Origin: Botryllus schlosseri
Taxonomy: Eukaryota
Direction: 5' to 3'
NCBI GenBank assembly: GCA_051294905.1
Contig: CM119371.1
Span: forward strand, 558,001 to 622,000
DNA length: 64,000 nucleotides
In this document: piece by piece, positions 34,974 through 49,160 of the stretch
How the letters are laid out: each line of letters starts with the position of its first letter
Position numbering within the stretch: position 1 is the stretch's first letter
Made by a program: the position numbers and the translations under genes
The notes under the pieces: model-generated
Seen by the model: the letters and a program-made list of their open reading frames with translations, nothing else
Database searches by the model: none
Told to the model about the DNA's origin: nothing

Positions 34974-37688
34974 CATAGTGTCCTATATGGTGTCGACACA
35001 AGCAAATCGCACGGTTCAATGAAATCGTATCCCGTCACAGTTTCCATTTGGCTACAGGCAATTTGACAGTGATTTTTGACCGACTTGCCGAGCATTAAAT
35101 TTGATGAATCGGATATCAATCGAAAGCTGACGCTGTACTGCTTGCGAAAATATAAATTTCATTCCACTCATGGCCCTGGAACCCCCACAATCAGCCCCAA
35201 ATTATTCATTGTCGAGTAGATTGGCAGTGTGACGCAACCATGCTGTCTGGCGAAACGAGAGACTAGCTCAAGAGCAAGGATGCGGCCGAGCGGCGAGAGT
35301 GGGATCAGCTGACGTCGCGGCAACGCCTATGTGCAACCGCGCCACAGAGAAACGCTCCGCTGTTTATACTTTTTCTATGTGCTTCGGTACAAGCGAGCAC
35401 TCATCAGCCTTTCCTTGACTTGTAAGGTAGAGCTGGGTCCACAGAATGTATTAGGGACCTACCAATTTTCGCGCGATATCCTTCAGCTGATAGAGATATG
35501 TAGGCTACGTCTAAGTAGTATACATTGGATATGTCAGATTATTATGATATCGATTGCCTTAGCCCGCTTGTTGCGTAGGGCTCCAGAGATGCGTGGCGCT
35601 GTTGATACTTTCTATGGATGCTTCGCTAAAAGCGAGCACACACCAGCCTTTCCTTGACTTGTAATGGTAGAATTGGGTCCACAGAATGTATTTGGTCCCT
35701 ACCAATTTTCGCGCAATATCCTTCAGCTAATAGAGATATTTCTAGTAAGAAAAAAATACTTTCAAGTAATAAGATTCACTCAAGACGGCAAATTTAGATA
35801 ATGTAAATATATCATAGTGTTGAGTTTTCACTCTAGTCCCCATAAGCACCACGTCGGTGACCTTGACACCAAATTCCGAGAAGGCGAAAAAGTGCAAACT
35901 CTGTTGGGCCGAATGGACAATGGACATTCAGTTATTCACAGATGCGAAAAAAATAATGCAAATCCGTTTTACGTAAGTTACATTAGGAATATAAATACAG
36001 GCTACAGAAGGAATATAATTCAAATATCTGTGATACCACTGTATTACTTTTGACGCAAAAGGTCCCCGGCATTCAAAAAAACTGTTTGGTGATTGAAAAA
36101 TGCTAAACCAAATTCCAACGTCAACGTTTATAGTGATATCAGATATATTCCAGTGAAAAACAAAGGTATGAATTTGGTGGTAACATTTTGGAATCATTTG
36201 GCAGGTATGGCCCGCAAGATTTCTAGTAACGGATTGAATCCGGACAGCGATACCAGTTTAATTCGACACTCCTGCTGTTAAACTTTATTCAACAATCAAC
36301 ATTTTACCTGCTGCATTCGCGGACCAAGTCCTACCCATACGGATCAAATAAAAGCTTGTAATGTATGCTCATGCTCAATGTTCCTTGCTCACACTTAACC
36401 ATAAAAGCGACTATAGAAAGTATCGACACCCGCCATCAACAGCGCGACGTGTCTCTGGAGCCCTACGCAACAAGCGGGCTAAGGCAATCGATATCATAAT
36501 AATCTGACATATCCAATGTAGACTACTTAGACGTAGCCTACATATCTCTATCAGCTGAAGGATATTGCGCGAAAATTGGTAGGGCTGGTAGGAAAGGCTG
36601 GTGCGGGGCCTACGTAGGCCCCGGCTGGTGTGTGCTCGCTTGTACCGAAGCGCATAGAAAAAGTATCAACAGCGCAGCGTCAGCGTTTCTCTGTGGCGCG
36701 GTTGCACATTAGGGCTGTTCAAAAATAACTTTTTTCTCCCGATTCAAGCCGGTAACCTCTCAAATCGTCAGGTTGCAGTAGTAAACCTTGCTCACCAAAT
36801 TTTACTCGATTCCAACCAGTAAAGGCCTCCGCAGATCCAATTAAAATTTTTAATTTATTATGGAAATTTTTAAAAAAAATTTCCAAATTTTTCTGCCAAC
36901 CCCATGAAATTGTTGAGCTGTCTTCAAAGACGTTGCAAAACAAATTTGAGTCAATTCCGACCAGTAGAAGCGGAGTTATGTGAGTTTCTCGATGATATTT
37001 CTCGGATTATCCTTGATTGGTGGATAATCCGCGATTTATCAACGAAAAACTCACATAACTCCGCTTCTACTGGTCGGAATTGACTCAAATTTGTTTTGCA
37101 ACGTCTTTGAAGACAGCTCAACAATTTCATGGGGTTGGCAGAAAAATTCGGATTTTTTTTTTTTCAATTTTTCATAATAAATTAAAAATTTTAATTCGAT
37201 CTGCGGAGGCCTTTACTGGTTGGAATCGAGTGAAATTTGGTGAGCAAGGTTTTCTACTGCAACCTGACGATTTAAGAGGTGACCGGATTGAATCGGGAGA
37301 AAAAAGTTATTTTTGAACAGCCCTATTGCACATTGGTATTGCCGCGACGTCAGCTGATCCCACTCTCGCCGCTCGGCCGCATCCTTGCTCTTGAGCTAGT
37401 CTCTCGTTTCGCCAGACAGCATTGTTGCGTCACACGGCCAATCTACTAGACAATGAATAATTTGGGGCTGATTGTGGGGGTTCCAGGGCCATGAGTGGAA
37501 TAAAATTTATATTTTCGCAAGCAGTACAGCGTCAGCTTTCGATTGATACCCGATTCATCAAATTTAATGCTCGGCAAGTCGGTCAGAAATCACCGTCAAA
37601 TTGCCTGTAGCCAAATGGAAACTGTGACGTGATACAATTTCATTGAACCGTGCGATTTGCTTGTGTCGACACCATATAGGACACTATG
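34974..37688. mobile_element. Long-TIR foldback DNA element, P-superfamily-like
   Basis: About 640-bp inverted arms starting CATAGTGTCCTATATGGTGTCGACAC; 7-bp TSD ATGAGAC (34967-34973, 37689-37695); internal direct repeat in the left arm. Confidence 0.85.
36710..37325. mobile_element. Near-perfect palindromic hAT-type MITE (616 bp) inserted in the right arm of the foldback element
   Basis: TAGGGCTGTTCAAAAATAAC...GTTATTTTTGAACAGCCCTA; arms about 300 bp; perfect TSD TTGCACAT (36702-36709, 37326-37333). Confidence 0.92.
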
Positions 37689-39609
37689 ATGAGACAGACA
37701 ACAAGCGTCACTTTGTACAGCCGAGCCTATTGACATCTAAAACACGCACAAGGATCTCACGGATTAGGAGAAAACTATATTGACGTCACGACCGGCAATT
37801 ATTCCTATGACCCACCGTACACGAAATTGAATCAACTGGGGAACGACAAGTAAACAAGGGTGGTTTGACGGGCTATTGTTCCCAAGCCTCGTCGCGAAAT
37901 TGGACCACGGAACAACAGGTCGGGGCAGGCAACTATTATCAAGCTCCGATGTGTACGACCGAAGTCAGCTGTGGATCGTGGAAAAATACAGTAAATTTAC
38001 AATGTATTATAATAAATCCCTAGTTTCGTGTCCGACCAGAGTACAAAGGTCAATCGGGATTTTTTGTTCTTTTTCTCTCTAGCGGGAATTATTCCCCCCT
38101 TTTTGATTGCCGCAGACAGGGTCATAAAAGTATTGCTGCAAAATTGAGAATGAAGTAAATCTTTAATTACTTATTATATTGATAATTCTTGTTTGTTTAT
38201 TATAATCCTTGCATGCGCACATTCCGCACATTTATATAACTACTCCCAGTTTAGTGAGTGAGTTTGCCTAGGCTACTGCATATTTCATCAACATAAATTC
38301 TTCCCTCTAATACATATCATTGATTATCCTGTGATACTGTGTCATGTGTAGTAGATGAGTAGAAAACCTCCTATGATATTGATTATTATTGCATCCCAGC
38401 TTATATTCAAGAAGAAGGGATACAAATGAGCTAAGTGACCTGTAGCAAGCATAACCATACAAAGTTGCAAATACGAGCAATATCACTTTATGGCACTTGG
38501 TAAATAAATGCTCTCGAGAGCTCATGTACATTGTACATATCGTAAACATAGGCCTACGTATATTTGACTTGTCAATTCAAAACTAGAATCGCCAAACCGT
38601 CTCTCAAACCACAGTTCTTGAACAAACTCCATGGGCGGAAAACAACTGTGCAATGAAATATTCTTTTAAGCGTTATATAGTGAATCATCATACTGACTAC
38701 AGCGCTTTTATTACACAGGAAGTAGATACAACCGTAATCGATTTCGGAGGAACAACATGAGGTTACATCGTAATGTACATGTGCAAATCGTAACTAGATA
38801 TTTCTTCATTGAGATTGTACTTGGGTATGAAATAGATAAATCCTCCTATTTATCATTGAAATCAGAATCCCACCAGTATCAAATCAGTAGAAGCGCAGTT
38901 ATTGCCGTCGAAAAATTTGGATTATGAATAAAATAGTATTTACGGTGACCAATTCTTTAATTATTTAGTATAGTAGTGCCCAGTGCCCACCCTAAATACT
39001 ATTTTATTCAAATCCAAATTTTTCGACGGCAATAACTCCGCTTCTACTGGTTGGAATTGAACCAAGTTTGGTGAACATCGTTTCTATAGACAACATGACA
39101 CTTCCATGGGGTGAACAGAAAATTTTCAAATTTTTGTTGTTTATTTTTATATAATAAATATAAACTTTCTTCTCCTGTAGCAATGCGGCTACTGGTTGGA
39201 ATTGAACCAAATTTGCTGTGTAGGCTTAAATTAGGTATCCTAAAAATTTCATTAAGTAGATTTGCGTGTGATTTGAGAAAAAATTCATTTTTGAAGAGCC
39301 GTAATATACAATGGTGGAAGTCATCGAGTCAGGGTTGTAACCAACTCAGAAGGGTCCGAGTCACAAGTTAATCTCAGTTTTATAGTTTTGACTCGAGTCA
39401 AGTCGAGTCATTTTCAATTCACCTCCGAGTCATGTCCGAGTCCAATTCATTGAGCATGTTGTTTGTTTTGAAGTATTCATGGTGTTTGTCGACTGCTATG
39501 GTCATTTACACCAGGCCGATATTCTTCATTTTTTAATCCGTAACTGCCGATTTATAGCACGGCCCACTTCAAGGCTTTTATAAGATAAGATAGTGAGGAG
39601 GAGCCTAAC

Positions 39610-39722
39610 TAGATAAACCTCCAACACTTAGGTATATGAATTCTGAAGTCGACCTCGGTCGGACTCGAACCCGCAACCCATTGGTGTTACAGCCGTTGAT
39701 TATACCACTACGTTATCTCGGC
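39610..39722 (-). mobile_element. tRNA-derived SINE head (family 1)
   Basis: Minus strand reads GCCGAGATAACGTAGTGGT (A-box-like) ... GGGTTCGAGTCC (B-box) GACCGAGGTCGACTTCAGAATTC. Confidence 0.6.
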
Positions 39723-39928
39723 AAGCCAAGTCATTGTGTTGACTGCTCGGTTCACAGTTAGTATTGTTAAACCTAATTTTTGAACCTCTTTCTGGTGATA
39801 TCGAATGATTCGCATTCATAATATACTAATTTTCCTCACTCTGGTTGAATTTTCAAGTACCAGTATACCAATAGACGAAATCACAATTGGGCGATTCTTC
39901 GAAATTTCAATGAAATATCGGTCTAGGC

Positions 39929-41412
39929 CAGTGTATCTCAACCTGGGGGTCGCGTCCTCGTGGGGGACGTGGGAGGCTCTCAGGGGGGGGGCGAGAAATT
40001 TACAAAGTCGGTATTACTTGTGACGAGACATGTGTTTCACAATCATTCTGAAAAGACGATTGTTGAAGATTAAACTTATTGCGTACTCAAGAAAGCTTGC
40101 CAAACTCAAACTCTAGCAGTCGCGCTCAACGGAGTATAGGCTTATATCAACTTCATTTGAGCTAATTTTTGATATTCTTCGAAGATTTAGAGCAATTCCC
40201 ACGTGTAAGTCATTCATTACTTCTTATCTTTGGCAGTAGCCGAAAGCTCGGCGCCAGCCCTGGTTGGCTGTTGTTATTAGCTGGCGAACTGCACTGCCTA
40301 AGACAGACTTAGTTGGAATATAGGTTGCCTGGTTTCGCCATCAATTAGGCTACCCTAAATCAACACAAATTAATTCAATTCCAAAACTGATCAAATTTTA
40401 CATGACAGGACAGAACGACGCCGAGCTCTCTGTAGTCACTACCAACATTAGGATTGGTCTCAGTGCAACCTACCTTGAAATAAATTGATGTACTATTCAA
40501 TGTTTATTTGCTATTTTCAGACAAGTTTGGGGAAATTTGTCGGAAATGTAAAAGACTCAACAATTGTAATGCGGATTCGAACTTGGCGTAGGATATACCC
40601 TATGTATACTATTAGATCACGGGTGGGCAACCTGCTCCCGCACGGCCGCATGCTGCAGTAGAAGGGAATTTGTGCGGTCGTCGTCGCCTAATTCAATTAG
40701 TATATCTGTTGGCGGCCCTAGACATGCAAATTGAAATGACGAATTCACTACCGGATATTTGAGGGATTTTAATCAATCGTGAAAATTTCTTCGCGCTCCG
40801 CGCAATCTAACACGACTTCATTTTTCTTTGTTAATGTAGTAGCGCCCTTCTCAATCTGTGCCGAAATGGGAATCGTCAAGAAATACCAGCATTCAACAAA
40901 GTGACTTATAACAATTGGCCCACCCAAAGATGCATTAGCATTTATAACTTGACCTAAATTTTTGAATGCACTCCCTTCATCCACTCTATCGGCGAATCTT
41001 ATCACAGGGTGTGAGGAATGATAAATATTTGGTACTAATATGTGATTCTGCGACTATTATTAACGGAATTCATCCGCGGCTCTGAAAAAATTTCGCGCTA
41101 CGCGCGACAGTATGCATTCCCAACATCTATTCATAACATTGCCACTCGCAATTTCGGTGTGTGCAATAGGCCGGTATTAAAATTAGCATATATTCCGGAG
41201 TTCTCCGTGAATGTATATGGACAGTTTAACATAGGTATTTTGCGTCCGGATATTTCATTGGGGCTATGCCCAGGAATGCAGCCGAGATTAGCATAAAGCT
41301 GGCGCACCTCTATAATTTTCGACATGACGATAAGTGCAGTGGGGTCAGAGAGGGCGCAATATTTTTGACCATCGCCAAGGGGGTGCATACCCAAAAAGGT
41401 TGGGAACCGTTG
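39929..41412. mobile_element. Non-autonomous hAT element (same family as 15684-17032, inverted)
   Basis: CAGTGTATCTCAACC / GGTTGGGAACCGTTG; TSD GTCTAGGC; internal sequence is a diverged reverse complement of 15684-17032. Confidence 0.85.
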
Positions 41413-41420
41413 GTCTAGGC

Positions 41421-42973
41421 CAGTGGTTCTTAACCTTGCTCCCAGCGCCCCCCAGGGGGCGCTGGCGATGTTGAAGGGGGGCGGAAACGTTCAGAGGGCG
41501 ATATGGGGGGCGCTGGGCTCAGGGGGGCGGTATCGGGGGCGCTGGAGAAAAATGGCTTCGCAGTAGATGATGTGGTGATAGGACATATCCTTAATGAGTA
41601 TTCAGAGCAAATTAACACCGAAAACTTCGTTACATATAGCCTTCAAAATACATATAGGTTTAATTGTCCATGGGCGCCTAAATGACTGACACCGAATGTT
41701 CCTGTCTTGGCAATCTGAACCCCAGAAGACGAATTCCATCTGGCAGGAAAAAATTATATGTCAGTGAAGAAATACCAATCTGAAATCGTGTGCGTCTTTT
41801 AGTTTAGTACGATTGGGCGACAGGGATATTCCTGTTGGGCGATATCCCCGTTGAGCGATTCTATATTTTTTGATATTGCAGACAGGGGGTCACGAAATAA
41901 CATCATGCAACGAGGTCATACCAACGGGTTCGCCCGCCCGAATATGTTTAATTATTGGTAACGGGCCCTACAGTTTCCAAGAAACCTCACAATGTTCGCT
42001 TTAAGTTTTGATGAGTCTGCACACACTCAACAACTCACTGCGCTGACCTTTGGACAACAGTGCGTAACGACTAAAAAAAGGTAATAACTCCGGATTTGTT
42101 GTGCGCAACGTAGATTTTCTGTGCGCAGAGACCGTGTCAGCACTGCGCACGTGCGCAGCTTAGAGGGAACATTGCACCTAACTCAGCTCTACCGGTAAAT
42201 GTGTTTACGTGAGCAGAGAGAGGATGAAAATTGATCTCAATTTACATGCAATTCCCGATGATATTGACCAATTCAATCATTAATTAGTGAAATTTTTCGC
42301 ACTTCGCGCGACTAGGCGAGCATAGCTCCCTCAGTAAATGGACACCCAATGTAGATAGCTAATAGGCTATCAGCAAATAGCGGACAGCCTAATGGGGGTC
42401 TGGGAGCGAAGTCCCCCGGAAGTTTGGTTTATCACCCGATGGGGACCCAGGACCAACGTGTTTGGGGAGGGGTCTGACGAAGTGCTGTTACGGCCCTGGT
42501 AACGAATAATTGTACCTGCGGGAACGCCCGAATATGTTTAATTATTAATTACGTGCCCCTTATTTTCCTATACAACAGCTCACTCAGTGCTACTGGTAAA
42601 TCTGATTACGTGGGCTGAGAGGATAAAAAGTTTATAGCGACTTATAAATGTAATTACCATGCATTATAGAAAATATGCAATTACCATGCATTATATCAAA
42701 TTTTGGTACCTAGGGCGACCAGGCCACACAAACTTTGCTGACCATCAAAATCACGATATGGGGTTCATGGGGGCGAAGCCCTCAGAAGTTCGGTTTATCA
42801 CGCTATGGGTGCGCAAGGCAATCGTTTTTAGGGGGGTTGACGAAGTGCTGTTACGGCCCTCCCTCTTACTCATTGTCTTTATTACATTCCTTACAATATG
42901 AAGTTGAGGGGGGCGCTGGAGCACGATAATTTTTGAAAGGGGGCGCTGGACGAAAAAAGGTTAAGAACCACTG
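41421..42973. mobile_element. Non-autonomous hAT element with GGGGGCGCTGG repeats
   Basis: Perfect TIR CAGTGGTTCTTAACC; TSD GTCTAGGC (41413-41420, 42974-42981). Confidence 0.9.
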
Positions 42974-44588
42974 GTCTAGGCCATAGACCGTCGGAGTCTG
43001 GAGTCATATGACTTGGTCCAAGTCGAGTCAATATACAGATTTACTCGAGTCGAGTCATTTCCATATTTTGCGAAAATGACTCGAGTCAAGTCGATTCATC
43101 AGAAAATCGTCACTCGAATCGGACTCGAGTCGAGTCATGATTCGAGTCATTACAACTCTGCGTCGAGTGGCGTGTTTTGTATGTTTTCGATTGCGAAACA
43201 TTACGTGGAAATGGGCGTATTGGTATTGTTAGAGACTATGTGGCAAGTCAGAAAATTGTAGGGTCAAATCCCCCGAGTGTCGGAATTCGCAGTACCGAGA
43301 TTCGAGCTATTCTTATGGCCCGAAAATAACCCAAATTATATGAATGCTACACCGAACAGTAACTGTTTATTTGAAGCAACATATGCTTCTACGTTACACA
43401 AGTCAGGCGTATCAGTAAAGCCTATACATTGGTTGTGAAGGTCCGTGACAATACTTGCTCACCACGCGATAAAATGTAGTCTTACGAAATGACATCATTA
43501 CATATTCATTCGCCTACGTTCGATTTATTTTCAATTGTTCCTATGTCCAAATAAATGTCCGAATTAATACACTTTAAGTGCTCCATAAAAATACGCTCTC
43601 AACAAATCGTATGTTTGCAAACAATGCAATCAATACATGCGAAATGTTTGTCCGATTTTCGCGCGGCATATTCTTGTATTCATACTTCGGAATTTATTAG
43701 TCGGGTAGATACCTGAACAATGCCATTTAGTGACAGGTATTACTATTGACAGTCAAAATGGTTCTAACTGTTCTTGAATCCGACACTTGATATCTCAATT
43801 TTGACAGCAAGAAACGCGTGAGAGGAGCGACGATATAAACGCGAATATCCCCTCGTAATATATTTGTAAGGTTCGAAGTCATTTCGGGATTGGGAAATAT
43901 CGACGGAAAGCAGACGCACGTGTACAATGTAGACTATGAGTTAATTTGTAATAGTCGCCACTTGAATCGCATATTTTGGAGCATTTTGCACAAAGATATA
44001 GGAATAGTGCGAACGTAGGTCTTTGGTATGCACACCGGGATCCTGTCCGGAAAACAGCCTTCGTAGTTTTTATCATGGGAAAATGTATCTGAGCTACACT
44101 GGCGTAGCAGCATGTGATGCCGCCCCTGGCTGTCGTCTAAAATGCCGCCCCCTCCCCTAAGTAGACCGCAGCAAATTTCGACATATATTCATGTTCAAGC
44201 AACCTTGTCAATAAAAATAATTACAAACGATATGCCGCGTCTCAGCCTCGCCGTTTCAACGTTAATAACGCCAAAAATAATAAAGACAAGAAATAGCGAA
44301 CGAATGTATTGTGCAAATAGAAAATCAATAGCCGCCTCAAAGCAAGATCAGTGATAATATCCTCAAATTCAAGTTTTTGAACGTAGTGTGTTTTATAGAC
44401 AAAATGGATAGAGCTGATCGCCGATCATCATTCATGGTAGAACGTAAATAAGACTTAATCAGTTTGAGCTTTGAGAAGCTCGCCTGGCGCAGCTCCAAAT
44501 TGAAACACCAATGGTTATCAGCGCGACACTAGCTTTCGATTGAGATCTGTTTGATTAAATTTTAGCTCACGGGACGCAAGCTATAGGA

Positions 44589-45824
44589 CAGAGGTCTCAA
44601 ACACGCGGCCCACGAGAACATTTTGTGTGGCCCGCGAAGGCATTTTGGATTTCGAAGTGTTCGACAATATTTAACTACAAATCTCTTTTTTGATTTGAGA
44701 ACTTGACATTCGATTTGAAACTACTCCAGAAGAATGAAACTACTCATCAAACTTCATTATTACATCACTTTCACAAGTTACCACGCAGTGGAAGATCAAC
44801 AATTACGCGACATTACTTGTTCATGATGATAAAACATGAACCGTTGATGATTCGTGACCGAAAATTGTGATTTGGACTTGGCCGCGACCTTCTGTAGAAT
44901 TACTCGTACTCGTACTCGTCGCGTCAAAAGTTACAATCAGAGAAGGACTTTTGTGACTCAGAATGCCGTGACTTGGTACAACCACGGACGCAACAAACTA
45001 TCAAACTGGTATGAGAAACAGTAAAATATCAAAAGTTCGTAGCTTTGGTTGCGTAGCTCATTTAGATATATACGCAGGTCGGCATGGCAACCGCCATTGG
45101 CATAATGTTGCTCGTTTGATGTATAGTTGGTTACAGTCTGTGACATCTTGGGTATCTTCTATATGTTATTATCGCCAATTAAATATGGCGAGTATTGAGT
45201 AGTGGTAGCCTATGCTTCACAGCTGTAACACGAATGGATTATGCGGCGATTGCACATTTCTACTGCTACGGCACAGTTTTCATTATGTTCAAGTTGTTAC
45301 TGATCTGTTCCATTTCGAAGGTAAATCTAACGCTGATTATATTTGACTTTGGTAATATCATGGTCAATATAGCCCATTAGGAGCAGACCTATGCCCGAAA
45401 CCCGGATTAGGCTATACTGCTCCGATGCTCTGATATCAGATCAATCTTTGTAAAATTCTTTAAATTCTACCTATAATTGTGGCACGTCAAATGTCCACTA
45501 GCTGCAAAATTATAACGCGACAGCTTTTACGATGTCCTGATGCATTTGTACTGTCGCAGATAAATAATTATTTTGAAAAACTATGCCAAGTACAGCAAAA
45601 ATTTTATTCAAATATTTAAAAATGTGATTTTTGTTGTGCCAGGCGTGAATTCACAATAGTAAATCACATTTTCACGATGCGGGTGGAATCTCAGTCTGCA
45701 AGGTCCCGTCAAATGAGGCCGACTTGAAAATATATTGAATTCTCCTAATATTGGTACTGCGGCCCGCGGCGCCATCAAAAAGTAGGAAATTGGCCCGCGA
45801 GCACATTTTAGTTTGAGACCTCTG
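44589..45824. mobile_element. Nested non-autonomous hAT element
   Basis: Perfect TIR CAGAGGTCTCAAAC; perfect TSD CTATAGGA. Confidence 0.9.
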
Positions 45825-45874
45825 CTATAGGACTACCAATTAACGCTTCTTTTAGCTGGCTGCGTACACCTTGT

Positions 45875-45980
45875 CGAGCGAGATAGTGTAATGGTAATGC
45901 GTCCGACTTCCCTATTAGTAGGGCGTGGATTCGATCCCCGACCGGGTCAGATCAAAGACTCGAAAACTGGTATCCGCGAT
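45875..45980 (+). mobile_element. tRNA-derived SINE head (family 2)
   Basis: A-box TAGTGTAATGG, B-box-like GGATTCGATCCC, then GGGTCAGATCAAAGACTCGAAAACTGGTAT. Confidence 0.55.
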
Positions 45981-47369
45981 TATCTCTCTAGGCCAGTCAG
46001 TGACTGGTAACCTTTTTTCCTCCAGCGCCCCCTATCAAAAATTATCGTGCTCAAGCCCCCCCCCCCAATATTGTAAGGACTCTAATAAAGACAATGGGGA
46101 GGGAAGTAACAACACTTTGTCAGCCCCCCTAAAAACGACTGTCTTGCGCAATGCGCACCTATAGCGTGATAAACCAAACATATTTTTGTACAATGGGCTC
46201 TTACTCTCAAATGTGATACATAGGCTACAGTGCCTCCTTCTTCAATTTCCACGTGCTATGTGCTGCAGAATATAATACCTAGGCCTAGTTCGTAACATTT
46301 TGTTGGAAATAACCCTAGCAAGCGTAACGACATTGTTTTTACCGGTAATTGGCGATCTAAAGGTACGCGCAATTCAGTCTACACGAATTATAATAACATA
46401 CTACATGTATGAAAACATTTGTAACAAACATCGTCGCGGAGCGCGACCAAAAATTTTGGGATCTGACATGTTTTGTGGTATGTTAATTCGCTCTGAATAC
46501 TCATTAAGGATAGGTCCTACTACTACATCATCTACTGCGAAGCTATTCTTCAGCGCCCCTATATCGCCCCCTGATCCCATCGCTCCCGTATCGCCCCCGG
46601 AGCGTTTCCGCCCCCTTCAGAATCGCCAGAACCACTGCGCTAGGCGCTCAGCAATCACGGAGGGAAAAAACGGGGGTGCAGACTAGATGACATTAATATT
46701 TTAAAAAAAGTCGGTGGCGGATGTCCGTCGTCAAAGCATATCGATGGTTCACGCGAAAAACAATACCATCTCTCTCTCTCGCTCTCTCACTGTGCAGCCA
46801 CATTCTGCCGCCCCCTTGGAGCCTGCCGCCCCTGGCGCAGAGCCAGAACCGCCAAGTGGCTGCTACGCCACTGCTGAGCTATCCTAATATACAGTAATTT
46901 TACCAATGAAAATTATTTTAATTTTAAAATCCTATCACTCGATGTATCATGATGACATCACATCTGTGCTCATGCGAGCCGTAACCTTTTAATGTTCGGC
47001 CGTAATCGGTGTTCAGACAAACCCCTGTGTTTCCCTGGTCAATCCATGGATATACTGAGACTCGGCGGATGAGAGTTGTAATTCGTGATGTCACGTTCAT
47101 CTGGATCATCATTGGCTGCAGAGAATTAGATGCGATCGCAAGGCGAATTGTGACAGTTGTGTGAATAATCGTGTGCAGTGACTTACGCAGGTGGGGTTTG
47201 GGCTCGATATCAAAAGTCCGTCGTTTCGAAATTACGAAAAATTTCTAATATTTTTTAGCTCCTTTGCCATCATGTTTAGAGCTTCATGTTCACAAACGAT
47301 CCTTGATAAGTTCTGCACTGTGAAAGTTTTTCATACAAGCTATTACAATTTCCACTTCATTATGATTGG

Positions 47370-49160
47370 TTGAAATTTATTGCATTTCAACTGCAGGACT
47401 CTCTATGTATGGCACTGGCAGCATAAAGATATCAACATTAGACGAGCATGCACCTTGACCATCTTAAGAATTTTTACTTGCTTTGTTACCGAAAGTTTGC
47501 TCGAAATATCCAGCTTACCGTTTGTGAATATTTATTGACTCTCTGCTATGAGCTTGAACCCCAATCAAAGAACATCAAGCGCGAAATACACTACATGTAG
47601 GTAGTCAGCGGATGATGATTATTCAACCTATCAATGAAATGCATATCATTGTCTGATGTAAAAAAACTACACTCTGCTCAATACAGACGTAGCAATATTA
47701 AAACCTCGAATACATTGACCGGTCTGGTCTAGACCGTTAAGCCTTAAGCCTTAAGCCTTCCTGGCATAAGTTCACGGCGAAATCGTTAGCAAAACGTCAA
47801 TATATATCCCAGCATGGCGGCTTTATGTGGCCCGAGTCGTCGCTAGGTATGCGTGTGCACCAGGGATGTCAAACATAAGCCCGCGGGTCGCATCGGGCCC
47901 GCCAGATGATTCCATCCGGACCGCGACGCGATTATGAAAAATGGCTGCATTGGCTAGCACATTTCTAACAAATGTTGAGATTTTTAGTACGAAATACCTC
48001 CAATAAATAATAATCCCCAAGACGAAAAATATCGACAATGTTCCTAGGCCACATTTTGACCATGTGACGGTGATTTTGTGGTTATAATCTGCTATCACCA
48101 TCAGCAACAAATCACTGCTATTGACACCTGCGCGCCAGGTCCGAGAAGGCAAAAAGGTGTACAGTGAGTTCAGAGTTATATGGAAAATGGGCCACAAAAT
48201 AGTTTTTTCTTCAGAAGTGAAAACGCTTAAATGACTTACGAGCTCCACGACCTCCAGAGAAACCCGAATCGCGATATGAAAATAAAGAACAAAATTTCAA
48301 CGTCTATACGTCTACGGTTAAAACTAGGGATGGTGTGAACGTGAGGTTCACGTTTGCGTTCTGTGTGTGAACCTCGGAAAGTTAGAGGTTCGCGTTCACA
48401 ACAGAACCTCGGTAGGCTCTGCACTGTGAGTCTTTTGGTAAATTGTGATTGTGACTCCATTACAGGATCTTTGGCTCAAATTTATTGAATTTCAACTGCA
48501 GGCCACTCAATGCATGGTGCTGGCAGCATAAAAAATCAACACTAAACGAGCATGCACCATGCACCTCGACAACCTTAAAAGTTTTACTTGCTTTGTTGCA
48601 AAAATATTCCCGGAATATCCAGCTTTCCGTTTGTGAATATTTAGTGACTCTCTGCTGTGAGTTTGACCCGCAATCACATAACATCACGAGCGATACACGT
48701 AGTCAACGAATGATGCTTATTCAACCAATCAATGACATTGATATCGTCTTCCAATGTAAAAAATCGAACGGTCGTACGGGGTCAATCTTGACTTCATTTC
48801 TTTACTGTATCATTATAACCAAATCCGTGTGATTAGGGTGCTTGCTACTGCTGCATAACTTGTTGTTGTTTGTGGTATCCGAAGCGAGTATAGAAACCCG
48901 TTGTATACATTCTGCTCAATATCAATGTAGCAATACACTCCGAGCACATTGTCCTGTCTGGCTAAGACCGTTAAGGCGTAAGCTTATATTCCTTGGTAAG
49001 TCCTCGTCGAAATTGTTGGCAAGCGACGAAATGCACTGATTTTATGCAATGAATATATCCTTTGATTACCGCGGTTGACACATTTAGCGACGTTTAGAAC
49101 GCCGATATGTACTTCAGCATTGTGGCATTATGTGGACCGAATCTTCGATAGGTATCGAGT
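47370..49160. repeat. Two diverged direct copies of an unclassified interspersed repeat (about 47370-47860 and 48480-49160)
   Basis: Shared blocks ATTTCAACTGCAGG, ACGAGCATGCACC, TTTTACTTGCTTTGTT, TTATTCAACC(A/T)ATCAATGA; the last also occurs near 18930. Confidence 0.65.

Larger units (their letters stand above)
39330..43160. mobile_element. hAT MITE with CGAGT/GACTCGAGTC subterminal repeats, expanded by nested insertions
   Basis: CAGGGTTGTAA / TTACAACTCTG ends; TSD CATCGAGT/CGTCGAGT. Confidence 0.75.
44097..46873. mobile_element. hAT-type MITE with TGCCGCCCC repeats, containing nested elements
   Basis: CACTGGCGTAGC / GCTACGCCACTG ends; perfect TSD CTGAGCTA. Confidence 0.82.

Noticed and set aside
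45875..45950. Functional tRNA genes at A/B-box sites (also 13335, 23900, 39610, 51567)
   Set aside because: No convincing cloverleaf; copies share non-tRNA downstream sequence and are diverged, as expected for SINE heads.
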